A stretch of 55,654 nucleotides of DNA from positions 1-55,654 of the forward strand of contig LVLI01000414.1 in assembly GCA_001687465.1 (NCBI GenBank), in the 5' to 3' direction. Each line of letters opens with the position of its first letter. Positions within the stretch are counted from its first letter, which is position 1. Under the pieces are notes generated by a model. That model did not search any database. It saw only the letters and a list, made by a program, of their open reading frames with translations, and was not told the DNA's origin. A program made the position numbers and the translations under genes. The DNA is from Halocafeteria seosinensis (lineage: Eukaryota). Positions 10,416 to 23,449 of this stretch are shown piece by piece.

Positions 10416-13400
10416 TCAAGTAATCCATTGAAGCGAGGACGTATCGGACGAACATGAGTAGTTTGCAAGGGTTTCCTGTTCCTGTGCTTCCTGACTCCCT
10501 TGTTCCTCTGTATCGTCGGGAGAACAGGACGATGCATCTTCTTCCTCATTGGAGGGTGGGTCTCGAGGCACGTACGTGTGCCCCCGTTGCGCTGCAGTGA
10601 AAGAAGCCAACCCTTCTCGAACCTCGCCCGTGCTCAGACGGAGTCGAAGCTGCGTTTGCATCCAACGAGGAATTTTATTATAGTATTCACCATCGTTATA
10701 TCGGGAGTCGACGAAAAGCACCGATCCCCAGTCGTTTTTATGTCGGATGGCTCGACCGGCTGCTTGGCTACTTGCCCGAAGTGCCTCCGAACAATACCAG
10801 TCATTCCCGTTACGCACTTCGCTGGCATTACCAAGCTTCTGCGCTTTGCGATCTTGGTATCTCCTCTTAGACACTATTTTCCAGTCTTTCAAGGCAGCGA
10901 AGGGAACACCAAGAACCATAACCATCCTACAGTAATTATCAGTAAGGTTGATGCCTTCTGAGAGGGTTCCTCGAAATACTGTAAATAACATCGCGCCGTC
11001 TCGATCTGAATCTTCCGCACAATCCTGCTTAAAACTTCCGATTACTTGTTCCATATATTGTGGACGTGTAAGACCTTCTTCTGCCGCTGCCGAAGCGTCG
11101 TATGATTCCACGTAGATGGTCTTGTTGCTTCTCTGCTTGATAGTTTCAAACACACCTAAACGTTCCCAATTAGCCGCCATTGTTGTCAAGGCCGAGAATG
11201 AGGGTGCAAATACGATTATACCCCCAGGTATTTGCCGGGAAACTTCACATAGAAGAGATCCTATGTCAGAATTAACTTGTTCATCCCGGATAGTCTTGTA
11301 GTTCAACTTAAGGTGCGGACAAGTAGAACTCAGTTTCGAAACGACACCAGCAAATAGTTGCGTTCTAGTGTTTATCACATGTGGCGCGGACAGTTTCTGT
11401 CCGAAGGGCACGCCGAACTCATCTGAAGATTTTTCAAGGGGAGAAAGAGTCCCGCTAAGTATGATCATAGACCTGCACAAGTCAGAAATTTCGGAAATGC
11501 ATGGTTCTGCGTCAAAACAGCATAAATTTAGGTGTAGATCGTTCTTGTAGGTGTCATGACACAACTGGAGCCGAAAAGCATCCAAATAGGGGAACTCAGA
11601 TCCCCGAGACTCGGGCTGACTATTCCGGCTCTGCAACGCAAAACCGCAGCAGGTTAGGACTTTCTCTACTGAAGAGAGGAACGACGCTCTCATGTCCGCT
11701 ACCATGAGTTCATCCTGTTCTTCACCCTCGCTGATACCTTGGTTTTCTCTTTGTATTCGTGCTAGCTCATCTCCAACCTGTTCATGGCTTTCACGCAAAA
11801 CCGGCAGAGTGGCTGAAGTTATTCCCCACGATGCCATGATACTCAGAAGTTCATTGCCTTCCCACGAGTGCTCATTCTTCCCATTTTCCACTCGAGGGAG
11901 AATAGTTTTGTTACGATGTGCCCACTTTACCATGGCGACCAGCACATCAAGGAGAGGCTGGCCCAAGTTCATAAGCGAATACTTTTCAAATATGCTTCGG
12001 AGATTTTTCTCTGCTTCTGATAAAGCGGAAACATTATTCTGCATCAGACAGAAAAGACCCACACTGAAGCCCGTGGCGTCCTTCTTGGCATATACAAGCA
12101 TCACTCACCATAAAGCTAGCTGCGTCCGAGGCTATAGCTTCAATGTTGTGCCCTTCATCACAGATCACAATGGAGCCCTTAAGAATAGGGTCCAGACCGG
12201 AGGTACGCCGAATGACTGGGTCAATCAAATACTGGTAGGGGCATGCAATTATTGTTGAAGACGGAATCCTATCTTTGAGGGCTGCAATGTATGTTACACG
12301 TGCATGGACAGACACAGCACAATAGGCACCGTGCCAACAACCTACCAAAGTACGGGCATCCAGGGGCTGTCCGCGAGTTCCTTTGATTCTTCCGTGCTTC
12401 CGCTACTACCCTATCAACTTCCTCAAGGTCGCAGATTGACGATAGCTGTGCGCTTAGTCGGGACACATTACGTGAATGGGGACACTTGCCACGCTGCAGA
12501 AGATCGGCACACTGTTCTCGCACCGATGGTGAGCTGGGGTTGCGTTTAACACTTTTATTGACGCAACAGCGATTACGGGAAGCCAGCACCGTGCACTGTG
12601 TTTCAAATTCAACATGCATAGCGTCCTCAAAAGAATCAGCAGAAGCTTTCAAGAAGGATTTCGCCGAGCACTTGCTTGCAAGGGCTTCCGCCGACGCTGT
12701 AGACAAAATGCTCTCGGCTATTGGATAAAGACGCACCGACAGTACACTCGCAGCATCAGCAGCATACCTTTCTCTAGACCAGTAGTTGATAAACGTTCAT
12801 ACCAAAATGCTGCATCAACGCATTTCTTCGCTTCGTCTGAAATTTGCTGCAGTTGACCGTGTGTCCTTGAAACGTATATTATACGGCGATTCAGATTCAA
12901 CGAAGAAGGCTCGGGAGCTGCACAGTACAAACGTAACGTAGTGCTGTGAGTTCAGGATGACGGAGGGGTCGCGTACCTTTTCTCTGTGATTCATCGGAAC
13001 TTGCTGCATTCTCTGCGTCCGAACCGGATGATGCTTTCGCATCATGAGAGCTAATTAGGCTTGTGTCTTCTTTTTCTTGGTCGGACTGTTCTTCCTTAGC
13101 TGCGGCAAGTTTCAAATGACCAATAAGAAGCAAGACCCATAGCAATCAATCTTGGCATACTTGTAGAGTTTTTTTTGTCCGCAGCAGCAGCAGCTAATCG
13201 TTCTAACTCATTTTGGAGTTCTTTTAACGTCTCCGATCTTTGCCATGAAAGGCAGGCAGATAGAATAGCCAGCGTCTTCCCCGTTCCCGTGGCTGCAACT
13301 ACAGGAAGTGATTCATCATGAAAGACGCGGACTGACACAGAAATCAAGAACACTCACGGGATTCTATTAGGGCATTCTTTCCGGCGATAATGGCTGATAA

Positions 13401-14051
13401 AACTTTTGACATCACCGCCTTCTGAGAAGGAAATGGTTTGGAGCCTTGCGGAAAGAAGAGTTTACACCCCGATATCGTCATTGTTGGACGTGAAGGGACT
13501 CTCCTTGCAAGGTTGCGTCCTGGAGTAGCAAAATCACCGGAAAATTGCGTCTCGCTAGAGAATCCAATGTCCTGTGTGTGTTCCATGCCTAGACTCTCTC
13601 CGTTGCTGTCACATCTCGCGCGCTTATTTGCCGAGCTATATTCATATTCAATCATTTGATGAGTTCGGCGTGTCGTACGCCAGTTCTCTGGGGTTGCGGC
13701 TATCCGAGACCCACTTGTCGTGCTGGTCGTGTTCGCATCTGGCGACAGCTCCCTCAAGAAGGATGTTACCACATCAGCAGTGCCATCACAACAACTACTG
13801 TTCCCACCTGCAGCCATGTATATTTCACCCCCTATCAGGTCATCAAGATTCGAAGTAGGTTCCAGTTGGGATGCCCGTATGGGTGCTGCTGCCGCTTCAT
13901 CCAGACTAGACTCTTGAGTAGTTCCGTATTCCTCTCCTTCCTGTTCTTGATCCTGTTGTTCTTCTTCTTCGCTGGAAGACTGGTCCTCCTCATCGTCCTC
14001 TTCATCTTCAGGATTAGCTTCCTCCAAGGCTGTACTCTGTCTCACGCCCAT
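10416..14051 (-). CDS. Fe-S cluster XPD-family DNA helicase, FANCJ/BRIP1- or RTEL1-like
   Basis: Motifs PFPSQKAVM, ESPTGTGKT (across intron 13293-13357), SRTHGQL, Fe-S cysteines (RNRCC...GCPYF), DEGHN, SGTLSP, RGTLSEGIN and QAAGRAIRHKNDWG. About 6 introns. Acidic N-terminal extension. Confidence 0.9.
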
Positions 14052-14755
14052 ATCTACCGCGCGACGGGGGTACGGAACTAGACTAGATGGGAGGCGTAAC
14101 CAGGACAGTGTCAATCCAAAAAGACAACGAGCAGCGAATGTATCCCGATAATCTTGGTGTTAGTGGGGAAAACACACTTCCTATAGCTATCGTTAACGTT
14201 GGAATTCAAAAATAGTTGAAGTTGGATTCATGTTTTGGTAGCATGGTATCTCAATTGCAACCCCAGATACAAACAAAAGCAGTTGGTAAAGTGGGGATAT
14301 CTAACTATAGCTACCATATGGGAATACTCGCTACCAATGCATTTGTTGTTCGCCACCAGGCTACATAGAGAGCTAAAGTACGACTCGTACTGTACGAGGT
14401 CCGAAGGCAGCAATCTTTTCGCACACTTTTTTTCGACTTCAACGCTGGTGTCACTGTTGGCACGCAATATACTCCAGTTTCTAGACGCACTATTGTGCCT
14501 TCAATGAGTGTCATTGCCTACATGGAGAAATAGTGGCAGAGCGAAGTCCTTGGTGAATGGTTCGTCGGATGGTGCACTGCCGGTAACTTACACTGACGTC
14601 AACGCGGCTGTGGGAACATATACGTGCCTGAGCCAAGACTTGTGTATTTCAAGACGATTTCGCCTCCTTTCATTAGACGCTACTACGTGGAAAATTGGTA
14701 GTTAGATAAAGCTACCTCGTGGGTATACGTGTGTCTTCCGTGGGGAAGAAGAAAA

Positions 14756-15295
14756 ATGTCAGGACCTATATTACGTGTTGTGGCGCAAGTCCTCGTGGCT
14801 GGTGCCAATACGTTTGTGAAAGCATTCCAGGCCGCATACCAAAATGCGTCCAGAGGTACGTAATTCCTATGCTTTGCGCTATTGCCGGAACTCTAAACCG
14901 AATACTGTGCATCATTTCTTGAACTCTTTTCAGGTGGTGGAAGTCAGATGAAAAATGCTGCCTCTGTGTTGAGCCGTACGGAGATGTCCGTCACAGAAGC
15001 ACGCAAAGTGCTTAACTTCTCTGCAGAAGAGGGATTAAGTAGGGAGACAATATTGGAACAGTTTAAAAACTATTTTGAAGCGAATGACCCGAAGAAAGGC
15101 GGATCATTCTACCTGCAATGTAAAATATACCATGCCAAGAATTCACTGCTGAAGGAGATAGGTGAAGAACCCAGTGATGAGGACATGGCTGGAGTTGGAG
15201 ACGAAGAGAATCAGGAAGAAGAAGAGGAGGAGGAACAACAAGCGGAGAAAGCTAAAGTTAAGGAAGAGGAGGATGACAGCAAAAACAATCGCTGA
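14756..15295 (+). CDS. PAM16: Mitochondrial import motor subunit Pam16/Tim16
   Basis: MSGPILRVVAQVLVAGANTFVKAFQAAY...EARKVLN...NDPKKGGSFYLQCKIYHAK. Intron 14856-14933. Confidence 0.92.
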
Positions 15296-15785
15296 AAGCA
15301 TGTATTCATCCACCAGTCACGTAGAGGTGGTTCAAGGAAGCTGCGAGTTATCCCGTAAATTATCAGGTTCAGGCAGCTATTGTTGTACAAGAACCATATA
15401 ATATGCACTACAGTTGAGCCTTGCAGCGTACATGGCTCTCTTCATTCCAGTTGATTGGAGGAGTGAGAGAGAAACCGGCAGGAAATGAGGACTTAGGAGA
15501 CTACGGCGCTTACTCTCAATAAAGTGAGAATTCAGTCATATCGCTTCCTTGGAAGACAACGCTTTTGTCGTGTTTCGTACGTGGAGTCAAACTTTTGCCG
15601 AATGGAGATACAGTATCTGTGCTTTGTTGAAGTGAGGACATTATCCGAATGTCTCGTTAGTGATAGTGGTAGTGGTTTACTCATATTTGTTGACCGTGAT
15701 TCGCAATGATAAATAGAAAATTGCTTGCAGTCTTCAAGTACTGTCATCCTTTTAGTCGGCCACTTTCGTAGACAAGCATGGCACG

Positions 15786-18700
15786 ATGCCAAGAGAGTAC
15801 ACTGGCTTCACCTTGTTACTCCTTGCGCTGTGCTCCACCCAACCAATCTGTCACGCGAGGATTACATATCTTAGCAGTAATAGTGGTGTAAATACCATCC
15901 CTGCTGCGAGCAAATCCAAAGGAGCGTCTTTACTACGATACGCTAGCAGTCACGGAACCCCCTCAATCGCTAGCAATGCTTTTATTTCTGTAAGTAACCC
16001 GTTGACCAAGCTCACCAACTCAAAACCTGATGGAACATGTACAAATCACAGGTGCAAAACTATGCCAAACTGGTTGCTACTGCTTTGAGCAGAGATAGGC
16101 AGAAACTGTCTGCCTTTCTTGGAAACACAAAAGACACCATACAAAGGGAACATGGCAACGTATCACTGTGGCCACAACACAGAGAGGAAGTAGAGAAATT
16201 GTGCCGAAGACACAGGCTCTTACAGAGGGACATGCTTTCGTTGGATGCCAACGGGACACTTTCCTTATCCGTGCGTTCCTTAGATGTAAGATGAATGCTG
16301 ATTGTTCCATTGTTTCGTGGTGGTGTAATTGTAACAATTTGAAGTTCCTCCGATCGACAGTATCTGTTGACCACTCCATTGCAATGTGTTATGGAGCATA
16401 ATGAAGGACGGCTACTTCTGGCAACTCTGAAATGGTCTTCATTTGATTCATTCATGGTGCTTACTCAAGTCCTGCGGCACCTAATTTTAAGGGCTTCCAA
16501 CGATTCTGCGGCGTCTCCGGCGGAATGCATAGATATGGATGTTTGCTTCTGGAGGGGATTTGTTCGCCTAGTACCCTACTTGTGCAGTTTATCGCTTCCT
16601 GCAGAATGGCACTCAATAAAGACTATATTGCAAAGTGGAATACAATTTTTGCCGCATGCTCTAGACAGCTATTTTGGTTTTAATTATTCGGTATCCGAAG
16701 GAGTACTGCCTGCGGTAAACGAGACACACTCCAAGCTATTGCAAACCAGATTGCCTCTCTTACAGTTGTTACATTCGGAAGCTGGTGTTCTCTGGGAATA
16801 CAGGTGGATTCTAGAACTTCAAGAGGTGTCGCATATGTCTCATTCTGGGAATTGCACCGGAAGCGGACGAAACGGTTCCCTCTCACAGTATCTGGGGGAG
16901 CAGCACATGTCGTTAGGCTTGCACTACAATTTCACTTGGCTACCTTGCTCAGTTACGACGGTGTGGCCGCCTGAAGGAAAAGGAGAGAAAGACAATCCTC
17001 AAATGCACTTCATGTTGCAGGAGCTCCTTTTCTCGGCATTGCACTTAGTTCCTGAGACAGAACATATCTACTTTGGTTTAAAACTATCGCAGTTATTGCG
17101 GCTAAGTCCGGAGTCTAGGAGCTTGGTTCGGACCTCCAAGAGACAATACCAAACGCGATTAGGCGTTCTAATAGACGGAACATTTAAGCAAAGGATGCTT
17201 CCTGAGCCTTTGAGGCATTGGAAAGATGTAAGCTGATAGTTCTACCGCCCTGTTTGTTTCTATGCGATGTGGATCGTGTTCCAACTTGCAGATTACGTTC
17301 GTGTTGGTAAACTGCACAGGGTCTGTGTTCCAGAAATTGGCGACAGTGCCTGATGTTGAATTCATTACAATAGACATGGGGAGTTCGCTAGCACAATCTA
17401 CGCGAGGAATGCAAAAGTTAAGGGATTTTTCGTTTGATGCGTTATTGTTTTTCTCGGTGAGTGGTACTACCAGTTCTAGTAGCCAGTATTTTGCCTCCGA
17501 ACCCACTGATTTACATAAATGTCGCAGAAGTCAGAATGTGCTTTCCATAATCTGCTTCTGCGATACTTACGCTCTTCGCCCATCCAAGTGGACCTGTCAA
17601 CGGCGTTATCTGGCGGTATAATAAACAGCGGGGCTCTTTGCTTAGGACAAGGTCTCCAAATCGACTGGCTTATTCAGTCCACTATGACTCACCGGGACAA
17701 GGGTTTGTGCCGTTCCTGGTGGTGGCCGCAGGCTGATCCGTCTATAGCTCAGATGTGTTCTTTTACATCGATCGATGAGGGGAAGAAAATTGAGAGAATT
17801 CTTGGAGCGATAACTCGAAACGCTGGTCGCTACGAAAATCCCGCCAGGAGTATCAAACACATTACGGACAGTGCAGGCTATCCAACTCTGCACTGGGTAA
17901 CGGTTGCAACCAAACAACATAAAAACTTGGCTCAGCTCCAAGAAGTTTCAGAGTATTTAGGTTATCCCAAACTGGTAATACTTGGAATGAACGATAGCAA
18001 GTTGTTTGATAAATCAAAATGTCTCGAAGGCACTTTGGGTTTGTGTGCTACGAATGACAAGCTACGGCTGGTTCACAACTATATCAAGCATATTCCGACT
18101 GAGGATGTGATCCTCTTCACTGATGCATTTGACGTCCTCCCTCTGCAGGGGCCCCGAACCTTGTTGGAAAAGTTTCAGTCTTTCAAAGCTGACATTGTCT
18201 TCAACGCCGAGATTGTGTGCTTTCCGTACAAGAGTTATATCGACTACTATGATAGCGGAGAAGAACAGTTGTACCAACTAAAGCGGTGGTCAAATTCCAG
18301 CACCTCCCTTCTCGAAGCAATGAACCACACTCTACGGTACGAGTTTCTCAATTCCGGGGTATACATTGGAAAGCAATTTGCTTTGATGAACATCTTCGAA
18401 GCTGCCCCGCACTTCAAACAGGAGCAACGCTGGTGTGACCAATTTTACTTCCATACTGTTTATCTGGCACTCACGGGGAAATCCGACCTTCTATTAAATG
18501 ACACCAATATGGGGGAGTTTTCTCCTCAAATGATTCGAAATATTGAAAGCCTGTCTACGAGACTCCCCAGAAGGATGGCTGAACTACCAACTATCAATAT
18601 GCAGCTTGATCTTTCCGCAGAGATGTTCCTTACCTCAACTGGTATGACGGAGTATATGCACTCGGAACCATGTGCTGAATTCATTCCAATTTGTGCACGT

Positions 18701-18919
18701 GAAGGGAATGCTTACGCTGAAGAGTGTTCTCGTCTTCTCGCTGATTTGCAGCGTAGCGCTGTGGACAACAGCTCCGCTTGCCGGGTTTTGAGATCTGGCA
18801 CAGGATCCTACCCAACTTTTCTTCATGCAAATGGTGCTCAAATGATGGGAATAGTTGAAGCAGCTCACCAAAGTATATTTTGCAATAGGATTGGTTACCA
18901 ATCGGGATCTTGTACTTGA
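15786..18919 (+). CDS. Secreted multidomain glycosyltransferase with C-terminal PLOD-type GT domain
   Basis: Hydrophobic N-terminal signal (FTLLLLALCSTQ). Four GT-AG introns (~15990-16051, ~16286-16360, ~17228-17291, ~17457-17527) give one frame. C-terminal VTVAT...KLRL...ILFTDAFDV...IVFNAEIVCFP...FLNSGVYIG...DQFYF...HANG. Confidence 0.75.
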
Positions 18920-18934
18920 ACGCCGAATAACCCT

Positions 18935-19732
18935 TCACGTTGCGCCGGGTTTTAGCACCCGAGTTAGGCTCTGCAAAGTCTGTGGATCTCTTTTGAGGCG
19001 CTTTTCGGAAATATCCTGGTATGCTTACCTGGTCAATTGCTCTTGCTTGTTCGAGAATGCACTGCACCTCTTGGAAATGGCTTGATCGCTCTGCTTTCAT
19101 ACACCGGAGTCTTCGCTGTTGTGCTACTACACGGGATTCCATGATTCTAAGCTGCTTAGACTTTGGTTCCGTTGGCTGCAAAATACAGTGTTTACAGCGA
19201 TTCATAATATTCTCTATAGGGTAGCACTGTCCCTTACTCCAATGTTCTGAGTGGTGTCAGCAGGACGAATTCTTTCCAATTCCTGTCGGGCAAACGCAAG
19301 AGTACAAATCATCGAAGCCCGTAGGATGCTAGGATTACATACTAAAAATGATGCTGGCGTAGTTTTGTTGTCAACGACTGAAGATTTATCAGGGCCCGAA
19401 GACGTTGGAGAACCGCTTTTCTGGCTTCCTGATTCTAGTTCTTTTCCACCTGCGCTGGTACTTTGTTGGGACTGCGGCAAAGGAGGGATTGCATGTCCCG
19501 TATCCTGCTCTTTTAATGTTCCCCCTGACTCCTCTTGCCCATCATAAAGCTCGTCGAGAGTAGTCATTTGCTCATCCGGTGGAAATTGCCGACAGCTTTC
19601 TTCAATTAAGTCACGTTGCTCGAGTTCCAATTCCTTTTGAGCTTCTGGGTTATAAGGGTACATTTCCATATCCTCATCTTCTGAGAAAGCAACAGAGGGA
19701 GATGACTGTGGAAATAATGTATTATCTTCCAT
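18935..19732 (-). CDS. Hypothetical protein (acidic N-terminus, coiled-coil C-terminus)
   Basis: ATG 19732. Three canonical ~60-nt introns (~19283-19342, ~19176-19237, 18971-19028) lead to TGA at 18935-18937. Confidence 0.6.
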
Positions 19733-20069
19733 CGTATTTGTCTCGAAAAGGACAGTCTATCCTACCATCAAATCCAAGGAGAATCGAGCAGTATTGAGGA
19801 ATTGGAATTGGAACCCTCAATTCTTCATTTATATTCAAATGAGAATGTAGTGCGAAAAGTAACTCTTAAGAATCTTAAGCAGATTGTACATATAATATAC
19901 CATATGATATAACACACGCAACATTGAGAGTACTCTGAATATCTATCTTGGCTGGTCGCAGTAACCATTCTTCGCCCTAACTATGAAGCATGGGCCACCA
20001 AAAGCCCCTAGACATGCTCCGATATGAAGAATATGCACTATTTGGGCATTCAGACACACGCAATACCAG

Positions 20070-22589
20070 CTACAGCTGACGTTTGTTTTGCGCCGCTTTG
20101 AGCCGCAAGGCCAAATACGTTAGTATACGTAATCCCACCAACAGGGCTGCCAAGGCTGCAACGTTCATCAATTTAGGGTTGCATGAGTTGTTCCGGTTCA
20201 TCCAGGCATGAAATATAGAGAAATACGTACGAATTAAATCAGTTACAAGATCAGCTTCAGGGAAGAACTGATCGAGGACTTTCCTTCCAGTTTCTCTGCA
20301 AGGTTCGCCTGGCTCCACATCGTGGCAGGAGAGACTGAGACCATCCCAGATAATCTCCCCCGCAGATTGATATCCGTACTGAATGAAGCTTACTGTAGCA
20401 TAGAAAAGAAATGGCTTTGAGTTATACGAAAACTTCACGGAAAGACGTAGGAAAGACCACTGAGACGTACCCGCTTCTACCCATACCAACCAATCAGGGA
20501 TTGCTTCGGTGTTGATCAACAACCCACCTGCACTCATTCACGTAGCAATTGCTAAAACGAAACAAACAACACAGGCGATAAGAGCACTACAGTACCCATA
20601 CCTGTCAAAAGCATGGGAAGTAAGGCTACCGGACCCAGTGCTAACGCAACATCGACCGAGGGCACAGCAGCGGAAAGGAAATACCCGAGAGACATCGCAG
20701 TATTAGCGGTCAATACAACGACCCCTGTGAAGGCTGCAAATCGCCAGAACTCCGTACCCAGTTCCATCATCCAAAATACAAGCGAACAAAAGATAGTTGG
20801 AAAAAGCACTTGAAAAGGTAAATCGGAAATCAGTTTTGCGAAGTAATAGCTTGACACGCTGTACGTCCCATTGGCATGTTCCCGCAAAAAAATGGGACGT
20901 TCTAACGGAAACGTTTGTAGCACACCAAAGATACCACTAAAGCTCTGGTTGATGATAATGAAAAAAATTGCACCATTTCTACCTTGTATGCTGGATTGGT
21001 CGAAACCTAGCTGATAGAATATTGCCCCGGCAATTAACGCCAATATGATGGTTTGCATTGCCCGCGCGTACGTAAGGATAGGATTTCGGGAAGTATCCAG
21101 CAGCGCACGACTGGTGAGAAGTTTAAATTGTTTCCAGCGGTTCACCGCGTACTTGCTCTCAACGATCGACTCCTCATCTTCAAGTAATTTCATTGCCGAC
21201 TTGGCAAACGTATCATCATGGGTCAATAATTTCTTATTCAAATCGCTTTCTTTCCATCTCCGTCCCAGTCCTTCAATGAGTTCGTACTTGGAGTGTTTAG
21301 GGCTATTGACGGAGAGAGCCTTAATGAAGAAATCTGCGGGGTTGGTGTACGTAGGACACTCCAAATAGGGATCGATTTGAGCAAAATATTGAGTCGCATC
21401 ATCTTTGTCCCCAAAGAAAACAATCTCCCCTTCTCTCATTAGTACGAGCTTGTCAAACAAATGGAAGACTTCTGAGGATGGCTGGTGTATGGTCGTTACA
21501 ACAGTTCGTCCTGCAAGTGAAGTACGTCGATAGAGTGAGCTGTACAAGAGCTGATTTCATGAACGAAAAGCTTACCAGCATGAGCCAAGTTTTTCAGCAT
21601 CTTAATAATGCTCTCAGCCATGTAGGAGTCAAGGCCACTTGTGGGTTCATCAGCGAAAAGCAAGGACGGGTTGGTAATGATCTCAGAAGCCAAAGCAAGC
21701 CTCTTTTTCTCTCCACCGGAAATTCCCCTGAAACGCACAAACATGCAGCATAATAGTAATGATACAATTCGCAACGTCTAATGGAGACTAGTTGTTTTCG
21801 TACCTCTTGCTTTTGGCGGAGCCAATTATAGAATTTTCCACCTTTCGGAGACCCAAAGCGGATATCAGACTCTGGACTCGGTTCTCCTTCTCTTCGTCAT
21901 CGACAGAGTCACCCAGACGAAGTGCCACTTGAAATCTTAAGTGCTCCTTTACCGTCAACGATGGAAGAAACAAATCCTCTTGTTGGACGTATGCTGCAAT
22001 TCGCGGGAAGCTCTTGGTAGCCGGTTTCCCATTAATGAGAACCTCTCCTGAGGTCTGAGGGGAGCGACGGCTGATCAAATTCAGCAAACTGGTCTTCCCA
22101 GCTCCACTGCACGGCCAAAGTATTGATAAATGCATAATTGTTGTGTACAGGAGGTCCAAATCCATGATGTGCATGTGTAACTTACCTCGCCCCCAAAATC
22201 GCTACGAGCTCCCCGGGGCGCGCCTTCCCGGAGATGCTGTTGAGGATGGTTTTGTATTTTGTCTCAGGAGCAGGTTTACAGGGCTGTTTCTTTTCCTCAC
22301 CGACGGGCACCTTCAATACGATGTCATTCCACTCTAATGTGAGCGCAGGCACCTTGCCCACCACTTCGTAGACCATCGCCCCATCATCTTCAGCCGCTGA
22401 CGAGGCTGACTCCCCNTCGTCGTTGTTTTCTTTTTGACCGCCGTTTTGGCTACCACCGCGGGCCTCATCATCCTGATTCACTCCTTGTTCGTCCTCTATT
22501 TGAATCGAGACATTTTGCGCCTCCTTCTCCTCCGTCGTGGAGGAGGCGGTATTCGGTACCGAATTCGCTCCGGTCGCTCCCGCTGACAT
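20070..22589 (-). CDS. ABCG (White-family) half transporter
   Basis: Walker [45 protein letters not shown] and ERPIFLRE, followed by a TM domain. Several introns. One ambiguous base at 22416. Confidence 0.95.
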
Positions 22590-23449
22590 CACACTCGACT
22601 ACAAATACAACGCAGCGCGGTACGATATCAAACTGAACTCTAACGTAGATTGGTCTACTTATGCCAACTCGAACTGAAATGGGTGTGGGTTCTAGCCTGA
22701 CAAACATGCGTATTGAGACCTGCTCCCCTCCTTACCGCTGGTAGCACCTTCATCTCCGCGTCACACTTCAAGCAGCGGACCACTGTAGCGCAGTGTGTAG
22801 TTAACAACTTGTTATCCGCGAAGATTTCAGTCACTAGGAAGTCCACATACGCCTTTGTATCCATAGATAACGTTGTATTGAAGCACTAAATGCTTCAGTG
22901 TGTATCCCAACGTAGCGCAGCCTGTAGCATACACGCATTATACACACTCCCAACCACCCATCGTGAGTGATCTTTTGATACCATACCAAAGACTCGTTCA
23001 TACATCGGAGCAGAATAGCTTGGCGTGTAGGTATACAGTGAACACCGTTGGCAATGATATTGACCACCTGGCGGGCCAGTGGCGGCCCGTACTTTGAACA
23101 AAAAGTACAATTCCTGGCCTACCGGTGCACCTAGGTGTGTACCCATGGGTATTATTATTGGTACCATGTATTACGGCGGTACCACTCGTCTGAGAATACG
23201 TTACATGCATTTTCTTCATTTGCGACGAAGTTTCCGGAGTTGTAACTGCATAGCTCCCAGTATTTGGAGCAGCCACTTGCATTTCTCAGAGTTCGGCGGT
23301 TGCGACGTGTAGGCTTCCCAATCCTGACTCCTGGATCATTAAGAGTTCAATCTCTGATGGTATTGTCACGTACAATACCATACCACAGTTTTAGTGCTTT
23401 TTTACTTGATGCGCCCCATTTTGTTACAGCTGTCTACCACCGATACAAT

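Noticed and set aside
18681..18919. Apparent 240-bp antisense overlap of two CDSs
   Set aside because: Intron 18971-19028 shifts the minus-strand gene to a stop at 18935, removing the overlap.
22416..22416. N base in the first ABCG exon
   Set aside because: Assembly ambiguity; the frame is preserved.
23120..23185. Cluster of short palindromes (TACCCATGGGTA, CACCTAGGTG, GGTACC)
   Set aside because: Short and within a divergent promoter region; not distinguishable from chance.
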